Shown: in pieces, positions 8,990 to 16,254 of the stretch | Position numbering within the stretch: the first letter of the stretch is position 1 | How the letters are laid out: the number at the start of each line of letters is the position of its first letter | Translations under genes and position numbers: made by a program | The notes under the pieces: model-generated | Databases searched by the model: none | What the model saw: only the letters and a program-made list of their open reading frames with translations | What the model was told of the DNA's origin: nothing | Assembly (NCBI GenBank): GCA_036846345.1 | Contig: DAIUCD010000001.1 | Span: forward strand, 330,363 to 394,362 | DNA length: 64,000 bases | Direction of reading: 5' to 3' | Origin: Spirochaetota bacterium | GTDB lineage: Bacteria > Spirochaetota > UBA4802 > JAGODF01

Positions 8990-10081
8990 TTACTTTAGAG
9001 TCTTTATAACCGAGTAAAAGTGGTTTTTTGCGAGCTTTTCCAGTTCCGGCGCTGTGAGGTGCTTGATCTCGGAAGGATTATCGATGTATTCGCTTTTCCC
9101 TGTCACAGAGGCAACATATTTGATGAAGTTAAGGGCTGCCAGTCTATGGGGGTTGATGGCGTTGTAGTCGAGGTAGCTGTACATCACGGAAAGGCCCAGG
9201 TAGGGATTGGAGTAGATGGTGCTGCTCAGTGCAATCTCCTCACCTGTGACCTGATCGAAGTAGTTGTAGTGGTTATTAAGAATCTTATGGGTGATTTCAT
9301 GGATTTCGAACATCTTCCAGATTTCCTGTTTGATGGAACGGGTTCCCGTGAAGGCCTTCTTTAAGCAGTACTGTATATCCTCGGAAACCTTGGCCCCCAC
9401 AAAGAACATAGTATCAACGTTTTTCCCCATGAGGACATTGCGGGCAATGATGTAATCGTTCTGTACCTCCTCCGGATTGATATAGATCATATCAAAATAA
9501 AAAGTGGAATTACTGGTGGAAAACTCGTCATAATAGATGAGGGGCTGAATGTTGTATATCTTCTCCCTTATGTGAAAAAGAGGGTGGGATACCTTGATGA
9601 GTTTTTTCTTCCCGTAAATACAATAATCCAGAATGATTTTCTCCGTGGTCATGCTCGTATCCCTTGAAAATCGGAGAATGATGTTTCTCCGGGCCAGTAT
9701 GTCTTCAATGGACTGGAGGGTTCGGCTATCGTACTTTTTGGGATTGAGATATATATCCCTCATCAGTTCTACCAGTTTCCTTAACGCCGGCTCGCGCACC
9801 GAGTGGATATAATTCTTGTACTCAAGTATGTGGAAGCCCTCTTTCTGCATCATTTTGAGGGTGATGCTGTCTTCCTGAATCAGGTTGAGAAAATGCGGGT
9901 TTTCATTGAAGAGGAGGACGATATAGGCGTAAAACTTCCCGTTGGTATTGCGTATATTGATCAGGCTTGACTGGAATTCAGGACTTACAGAGTGATCAGC
10001 GTTTACAATCCCAGAATCCCACCCCAGCAAGCTGATAATAAACATAAGGACGAATGCCGATAGTGAATACCCTTTTTTCAT
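8990..10081 (-). CDS. Exported hypothetical protein with HExxH...E motif (gluzincin-like metallopeptidase candidate)
   Basis: Signal/anchor MKKGYSLSAFVLMFIISLLGW; FEIHEITH followed 14 residues later by EEIAL. Confidence 0.6.
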   Translation of the reverse strand: MKKGYSLSAFVLMFIISLLGWDSGIVNADHSVSPEFQSSLINIRNTNGKFYAYIVLLFNENPHFLNLIQEDSITLKMMQKEGFHILEYKNYIHSVREPALRKLVELMRDIYLNPKKYDSRTLQSIEDILARRNIILRFSRDTSMTTEKIILDYCIYGKKKLIKVSHPLFHIREKIYNIQPLIYYDEFSTSNSTFYFDMIYINPEEVQNDYIIARNVLMGKNVDTMFFVGAKVSEDIQYCLKKAFTGTRSIKQEIWKMFEIHEITHKILNNHYNYFDQVTGEEIALSSTIYSNPYLGLSVMYSYLDYNAINPHRLAALNFIKYVASVTGKSEYIDNPSEIKHLTAPELEKLAKNHFYSVIKTLK

Positions 10082-10125
10082 TTATTTGATCCCGTTCCCT
10101 GCCAATATTCCTGACTGCAAATTGT

Positions 10126-10668
10126 CTATTTAATAATATAACCATGTTCTATAAAGCGTTTCCGAAAATTTTGGGCTTTTTTACGGATTATATGAAGCCG
10201 CTCTTTCGGCTCATAGCCGATAAAATCGGCAACGGCCATGCCGTTGTAGTACCAGACGAGGGCCGGTATGGATATTTTACCGGGTCTCCTCTCTCCGATT
10301 TCTTTGCGTGAAATTTGTTCAATTTCGGTGAATTTCCTTTTTTTTATCAGTTTATTAATATCGACTCTGTACCTTGACTTAATGGGTGCTCCCAGAACTT
10401 TTAGAAATTCCTTTACGGTGATATCACAATCCTCTGAATGACTGCGGGAATCGTAATAAAGGATGACAATTAAACCCCGGGATCCAGTAATCGTTTTTCG
10501 GTAATGCTCTGTTATATCATAGAAAATAAGCTTTGATTCGGCTCCAAAAGAGAGTCCCGGAATGCATAACGGAAGGACCGTCAGGAAGACAAGCCCGGCA
10601 AGGATACCGCCGGCAGAACGCATAATCCGATCGGGCAAGGGAACTTGTATTACGGTTTTATCGGGCAT
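10126..10668 (-). CDS. Exported thioredoxin-like-fold protein lacking CxxC
   Basis: Hydrophobic signal; beta-alpha pattern VILYYD...YRVDI...IPALVWYYNG..VADFIGY with a cis-Pro-like IPAL. Start uncertain. Confidence 0.5.
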   Translation of the reverse strand: MPDKTVIQVPLPDRIMRSAGGILAGLVFLTVLPLCIPGLSFGAESKLIFYDITEHYRKTITGSRGLIVILYYDSRSHSEDCDITVKEFLKVLGAPIKSRYRVDINKLIKKRKFTEIEQISRKEIGERRPGKISIPALVWYYNGMAVADFIGYEPKERLHIIRKKAQNFRKRFIEHGYIIK

Positions 10669-10732
10669 GCCTGTTGTTCGACAGTGTCGGAATCTGTCCT
10701 GTTACAGAGTATTGACAAATTAACTGGCTTTC

Positions 10733-10984
10733 TCAGGGGGTATTCTTGATTACATTGGAGAGAATGAACCAGAAGAACATAACGACGATAAAAAGACCCC
10801 AAAGCGCTACAAGGATCAGGGCCAGAGACTGATTCTTGCTTACCCAGGAAAAAATCTTGGAATTCTTGTGTTCCAGTATAAGTTTAAATACCTTGGTGGA
10901 AACCTTTTCTTCCTTCAAATAATATGGACTGCTTTTGGGTTCAACTTCTTTTTCTGTATTTTTTTCAACCGGCGTATCCTGCAT
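10733..10984 (-). CDS. Small single-pass membrane protein (83 aa)
   Basis: ATG at 10984 with AGGATAGGA upstream; C-terminal TM helix LALILVALWGLFIVVMFFWFIL. The upstream extension in the ORF track is AT-rich intergenic-like sequence. Confidence 0.55.
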   Translation of the reverse strand: MQDTPVEKNTEKEVEPKSSPYYLKEEKVSTKVFKLILEHKNSKIFSWVSKNQSLALILVALWGLFIVVMFFWFILSNVIKNTP

Positions 10985-11410
10985 GATTCCTATCCTTGAT
11001 ATTGCAGACCCCTGTGTGATGTATTGAAGGATGTCTGTCAGTGTTATACTACGAAAAAATATTTCTGCATATTGTAGTGATAAATTAAGAATTGTCAATA
11101 ATATATTAGGAAGTAAACAAAAAATACGGAATAACACCGTCTGTTTTCTCTGCCGGCCGGGGTAAACCTTGATGCATTTAACAATTGGGGAATAAAAATG
11201 GTTGATTAATATGTTCGAATGGTGATAATCCTTTAGTTGATATATATGATGCACGATTGTGCTATCCATCAACTGCCCGTATAGAACAGTTAAAATATTA
11301 TTAATTCGCCCTCTGCCGGGCTGTTGTTGGCAGTAACGGCCGGGTGGGTGAAGTATTCTTTCAGTTCTTCATAAGTTAAAATTTTTTACTCTTTGCTGGA
11401 GAGACCAAAA

Positions 11411-11830
11411 ATGAATAATGTCATCCGCTTTGGGGTTTCCATTGATGAAAAGTTGCTGAAAAAATTCGATGCCCTTACTGAGGAAAAGGGTTATGTCAAC
11501 AGATCAGAGGCTATCCGCGATTTGATCCGGGATATGCTTGTACGGGAGGAAACCGCGGATCCTGAAACGGAGGTGATTGGTACTCTTACGCTGATTTATA
11601 GCCATGATGTCCGTGAAATATCAGACCGTCTGAATGAAGTTCAGCACAGTTATTATCAGAATATTGTTTCAGCGGTACATGTGCATCTGGATGAACATAA
11701 TTGCCTCGAGGTACTGATCCTGCGGGGGATGGCCAGGGTTGTACAGACCATTGCCGACAATATGCTTTCCATAAAAAATGTACGCCATGGGAAGCTGACC
11801 ATTACCTCAACAGGAAAAAATCTCCCCTGA
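11411..11830 (+). CDS. nikR: Nickel-responsive transcriptional regulator NikR
   Basis: Ribbon-helix-helix RFGVSID...NRSEAIRDLIR; Ni-binding QH...HVHLDEHNCLEV; C-terminal VRHGKL. Confidence 0.95.
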   Translation: MNNVIRFGVSIDEKLLKKFDALTEEKGYVNRSEAIRDLIRDMLVREETADPETEVIGTLTLIYSHDVREISDRLNEVQHSYYQNIVSAVHVHLDEHNCLEVLILRGMARVVQTIADNMLSIKNVRHGKLTITSTGKNLP

Positions 11831-12001
11831 ATCATCTTCAAATTTTTTTTATTTGCTAAACTTTAAAGACACCCTCACCGACAATAGGAATGGGGGAAGA
11901 TAGGCTCTCCCGGGATACAGCGATTGTGAGTACGATTCTGTATCATGCGGTAGGCGTATGAATGGAAGTGTGAACGTCGTTTATAGATAATCAGGATCTA
12001 T

Positions 12002-12025
12002 ACGGAACATAAGGAGATGTTCCGT
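12002..12025 (+). promoter_or_regulatory. Perfect hairpin with AAGGAG hexaloop in the 5' leader of the LysM/M23 gene
   Basis: ACGGAACAT-AAGGAG-ATGTTCCGT, 12 nt upstream of ATG 12038. Confidence 0.5.
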
Positions 12026-12037
12026 TAACAAACAGGG

Positions 12038-12754
12038 ATGTTAAACAGGGCAATCAAATTCCTCATCGTTTTTTTATGTCTGGAACTGTGCGAAATCGCC
12101 ATCGGTCAGTGTTTTTATTCTGTATCCCATTCGGGACTCTGGGCTGCGGGTCGTTATAAACGGGTAAAAAGCCACAATCAGGGAGTTAAGAAGGGAGAAT
12201 ACCGGATGCACCGCGTGAGGCGAGGCGAAAACCTGCATAAAATTTCGGATAAATATCATGTTTCGATAGACGAACTCTGTCGTATCAACCGAATCAAGCG
12301 GGATGAAGGCCTTGATTATGGTATGCTGTTGAAAATACCCAACAACGGGACGTTAAAACACGGGGAGGAGGCCTTCAAAAGCGGCAGTAGGCCCTACTTC
12401 CAGTGGCCCCTTCGAAAGGTGATCCATATTAAGCGGGATGGAAGAGATGGGGTAAAATCCATAGGCATCATTATAACGGGAAGGGGAGGATCGGCAGTTT
12501 ATTCCTCTGCCTCCGGCAGAGTCAAGAAGATCGGATGGATGCGGGGTTTCGGCAAGTATGTCATACTGAAACATGAGGGACGATATATAACGGTATACGC
12601 CAATATGGACCGTGTATTTGTGAAAGAGGGAGATAGTGTGGAGAAGGGGCATATGATCGGACGTATTGACGAACAGGACAATCGCCTTCATTTCCAGATC
12701 AACTGTGCGGGGAAGACACGGGATCCTCTCAATCTGCTGCCTAAAAAGAGTTAA
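12038..12754 (+). CDS. LysM + degenerate M23 (NlpD-like) protein
   Basis: LysM HRVRRGENLHKISDKYHVSIDELCRIN; M23 fold SSASGRV..GW.RGFGKYVILKH..YITVYAN..V.EGD.V.KG..IG..LHFQI. Confidence 0.9.
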   Translation: MLNRAIKFLIVFLCLELCEIAIGQCFYSVSHSGLWAAGRYKRVKSHNQGVKKGEYRMHRVRRGENLHKISDKYHVSIDELCRINRIKRDEGLDYGMLLKIPNNGTLKHGEEAFKSGSRPYFQWPLRKVIHIKRDGRDGVKSIGIIITGRGGSAVYSSASGRVKKIGWMRGFGKYVILKHEGRYITVYANMDRVFVKEGDSVEKGHMIGRIDEQDNRLHFQINCAGKTRDPLNLLPKKS

Positions 12755-15700
12755 TCGGGGTTCATGGATGGGTTGTAAAACTGATAGGTGTTGCGTCCTT
12801 TGTCCTTGGCTCTGTAAAGGGCTATATCGGCATATTTAAGCAGCGTTTCCATGTCCCGGGAGTCTGTGGGGAAAATGGCAATCCCCATGCTGGGGCTGAT
12901 GCTCAGCTGATGCGTGGAAATGGATACCGGCAGCGAGAAGGAGTGGAAGATACGCTGTATGATCTTGTAGACATCATTGAAGCTCTTGATATCGGGCAGA
13001 ATGAAGGTAAACTCGTCGCCACCAATGCGGGCCACGGTATCGATGACACGAATGTTTCCTGCAAGCTTGCGCGAGACGACCTTTAAGAGCATATCACCGA
13101 TATCATGGCCGTACGTGTCATTTACTTCCTTGAAATAATCCAGATCCAGAATCATGACCGCCACCATCTGATAATGGCGGCTGGCCTGCGCCAGAGTCTG
13201 GGTCAGGCGGTCATAAAAGAGAAGTCTGTTGGGCAGATCGGTGAGAATATCGTGATGGGCCATGTGTTTAAGGGATTGCTCCAGCCTTTTACGCTCGGTT
13301 ATATCGTGAAATATTGTAGCGAAATAGCCCTCCTGTGGGCTGTAATTGGAAACGGTATACCATCTCTCCAGCGCCTGGGAGTACTGATCCGTAAATCCTT
13401 CCATCTCCTCATTGAGCGAACTTTTTCGATAGATATCCATCAGATTCAGAAGAATATCCTGGCGGGGCCATTCCCCTGACTCCTGATCGTCCGCGGAGAT
13501 GTGGATTCCATCATCCCGGGAAAGATGCACCCCGGCATAACGGGTGTAAATCTCCGAAAACCTGCGGTTGATGAGATCCTCTTTTGTTATTCCCGTTATT
13601 TTTTCAAATGCATTATTGGCCTCGAGGCAGATGAAATCAACGGGTCCTTTCTCCTCATCGTAGAGAATTTTATGATAGGCGAAGCCGTCCTCCATGTTCA
13701 GGAAGAGATAATGGTACTTAAGCTCGGTCATCTGCAGCGCGTCCTCGGCCTTTTTTCTCTCCATCAGCTCCTGCTGTACCGATGTATAGAGGCGGGCATT
13801 ATCCATAGCGATGGAGGCGAACTGAGCGAACTGGAGCAGGAGGGCTATTTCCTCCTCATCAAAGGTTTTCCCTGACTCTGTATGAGCCAGACCAATGACG
13901 CCCATCACCCCGGATTCAGACTTCAGGGGAATGGTTATCAGGGATGCTATAGTATCCAGGTCCGCGCCGGGTATGCGGTTTTCCAGAAGCGAGTAGTTGT
14001 CGGTCGTCATCATGTGCCCCGCCTGCCATACCTTTCCGGCCAGACCCTGATGGGGATAGATCCTGTCTCCGATCCTGGCCTCGAAGATGCCCTTCCCGGC
14101 CATGGTGGCCAGATAGGATTGGCTTTCGTCAACGATACAAATGTAACCGTTGGGCGTATCCAGCAGGGTGGTGGCATAGACGACGATGGAGTTAAGCAGA
14201 TCGGAAAGCTGAAGGCGGTTCATGAGTGCAAGGTTGGTTTCATGGAGGGCCGCGAGATATTTACTGTGCTTGCGCAGCTTCTCGTCCATGCGTATTCTCT
14301 CCTGGATCTCCTGCTGCAGACGTTCATTGGCCTGTGTCAGCTCCTGTGTACGTTCCCTGACCCGGCTTTCCAGTTCATCGTGCGCCTTCTTGAGCTGGTC
14401 TTCCACGACCTTGCGGTCTGTAATATCCCGGGCATTGGCGATGATACCCTTCACTGAAGGGTTGTCCAGCAGGTTCTGAAGGATCACCTGGAACATCCTG
14501 TAGGAGCCGTCCGCATGGCGGATACGCAGCTGGCGGGATCTTCCCGCATGGGGATGGTTCACGATGTCTGTGAATACGCTTCGGGCATTATCCAGATCCT
14601 GCTCGTTTATATACCGGCAGGGTTCTTGATGAAGAAGGGATTCTGCGCCATAGCCCAGGACGCTGGTGATCGAGGGGCTGATAAAGGTCAGAGCACCCTT
14701 GGCATCGATAATGGTGATGATGTCCGTTGAGTTGGCAATGAGAGCCTTGTAATGCTCCTCCACATCCCTCAATTCCTTTTCAGACCTTTCCCGGAGTTCG
14801 ATTTCCTTGAGCAGCTGTTTCATTTGACGAATGTCCCGGCCCAGAAAGACTATGCCGATAATTTCGTCGTTTCTATCTTTGATGGCGGACATGGACATGG
14901 AGACAGGGATGAGATTCCCTGTAGTGGCCGCCTGATAATGCAGTTCGCACTGCACCTCCTGTTGAGGGTCCTGTTTGATCATGGCAATAGTCTCTAAGAT
15001 GGATTCCTTTTCCATGAAAAGGCTCTCAACGGGCCTGCCGGTGATGTCCTTCTCGTCGAAACCCAGCATGGTGGCAAGCAGAGAGTTGATCAGCATGATC
15101 CGGTTCTGGAGATCAGTCAGGATCAGGGTGTCCCGTATCTGATTGATGATCTTATCAATGGCGATGGCCGGGGTCAGAGACATGAGTCTGTAACGCGTGA
15201 TGGCAACCCATATGCCCGAGATCCATATAATCATGAGTATGGGCTCCACGAGAACAATGGAGGTGATATTCAGCAGGGGAAAGACCATATTGACCAGCAT
15301 GATGAGCAGGATGGTGGCGATACCTGAAATTACAATAAGCCGGGACTGTTTCTGCTCCATAACTCTTCTTGAGGCACGTCCCCATGCGTAAGTGAAAAAG
15401 AAACCGAGAACTGCATAGCCGAGATAATAGGTGTTGAAAAGCCAGTACCAGGCGGAATCCATTGCGACGACTTCATACCAGCCGTAGTCTGTCGGCTGAA
15501 AGTCTCTGACGAAGAGTATTCCTGTTATGGCCTGGAAGGTAAAAATTATTGCAGGGAGGTAAATCAGGGGGAGTGCCCACCGATGCTTTAAAAAGCCCTT
15601 CCGTCCCGTCAGGGCAAGAAAAAAATGAAGGAGCGAGGCCGGAAGGAAACACCATCCGGGTGAAGAAATCTTGTACCATAACCAGCAAAGCGACTTGTCC

Positions 15701-15867
15701 GGCGAGGAGTAGAAAAAAGCATAGGCTAGTGACCAGTGGCTGAGGAGGAGGGTTGTTAAAAAGAATATTCTGTTCAACCCGCGCCGTGTGTCGAGTCTCA
15801 GAACATATATCCCGACGGCCAGATAGATCAGGACTGTACTGGCAGATAGTAGAGAAAATATGCTCAT
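12751..15867 (-). CDS. Membrane diguanylate cyclase: N-terminal 7TM sensor, PAS, PAS, GAF, PAS, GGDEF
   Basis: About 7 hydrophobic helices; PAS signatures; HDILTDLPNR, LDLDYFKEVNDTYGHDIGD; RVID I-site five residues before GGDEF; ADIALYRAK..GRN. Confidence 0.93.
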   Translation of the reverse strand: MSIFSLLSASTVLIYLAVGIYVLRLDTRRGLNRIFFLTTLLLSHWSLAYAFFYSSPDKSLCWLWYKISSPGWCFLPASLLHFFLALTGRKGFLKHRWALPLIYLPAIIFTFQAITGILFVRDFQPTDYGWYEVVAMDSAWYWLFNTYYLGYAVLGFFFTYAWGRASRRVMEQKQSRLIVISGIATILLIMLVNMVFPLLNITSIVLVEPILMIIWISGIWVAITRYRLMSLTPAIAIDKIINQIRDTLILTDLQNRIMLINSLLATMLGFDEKDITGRPVESLFMEKESILETIAMIKQDPQQEVQCELHYQAATTGNLIPVSMSMSAIKDRNDEIIGIVFLGRDIRQMKQLLKEIELRERSEKELRDVEEHYKALIANSTDIITIIDAKGALTFISPSITSVLGYGAESLLHQEPCRYINEQDLDNARSVFTDIVNHPHAGRSRQLRIRHADGSYRMFQVILQNLLDNPSVKGIIANARDITDRKVVEDQLKKAHDELESRVRERTQELTQANERLQQEIQERIRMDEKLRKHSKYLAALHETNLALMNRLQLSDLLNSIVVYATTLLDTPNGYICIVDESQSYLATMAGKGIFEARIGDRIYPHQGLAGKVWQAGHMMTTDNYSLLENRIPGADLDTIASLITIPLKSESGVMGVIGLAHTESGKTFDEEEIALLLQFAQFASIAMDNARLYTSVQQELMERKKAEDALQMTELKYHYLFLNMEDGFAYHKILYDEEKGPVDFICLEANNAFEKITGITKEDLINRRFSEIYTRYAGVHLSRDDGIHISADDQESGEWPRQDILLNLMDIYRKSSLNEEMEGFTDQYSQALERWYTVSNYSPQEGYFATIFHDITERKRLEQSLKHMAHHDILTDLPNRLLFYDRLTQTLAQASRHYQMVAVMILDLDYFKEVNDTYGHDIGDMLLKVVSRKLAGNIRVIDTVARIGGDEFTFILPDIKSFNDVYKIIQRIFHSFSLPVSISTHQLSISPSMGIAIFPTDSRDMETLLKYADIALYRAKDKGRNTYQFYNPSMNPD

Positions 15868-16150
15868 AGATCCTTCATGCCGTCCGTATCGTCATAGCTG
15901 TTCGAATTCGTCTCATGATTGCAATCGAAAGATGATTTACTATATGTATTTCCCCCGATATTGCGGGATAGACCCTGTAATAATGGATACAAGGGATCCT
16001 GCACAGATATTGTGATATCGAGTTCATCATCAATAAAGGAAATGTTTTAATCATATGTGTTAAAATAGGGATTGTCAACCATAATAAGAAAAGGAGCGAA
16101 ACAGCCGCAAAATGCGCTGGAGTATGGGGGTGAGTATGCGCAAAAAGTGC

Positions 16151-16180
16151 TTGAAATACAGGTGACCGGGAATATATTAA
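16151..16180 (+). promoter_or_regulatory. Sigma70-like promoter of the AsmA-like operon
   Basis: TTGAAA at 16151-16156 with TATATT/TATTAA 16-18 nt downstream. Confidence 0.4.
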
Positions 16181-16254
16181 TAGAAGAAATATTAGGAACA
16201 GTATTCTATCACTCTGTGTAATGTCTCCATATTAATTCATTTATAGGTTGCCAG

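Noticed and set aside
10985-11272. His-rich N-terminal extension of ORF 10733-11272 next to nikR
   Set aside because: Very AT-rich, promoter-like DNA; a better start with an SD exists at 10984. His richness is probably chance.
11000-11410. NikR operator
   Set aside because: Only an imperfect inverted repeat (TTATACTAC/GTAGTGATAA near 11044-11083) with spacing unlike known NikR boxes; no nickel transporter or enzyme nearby.
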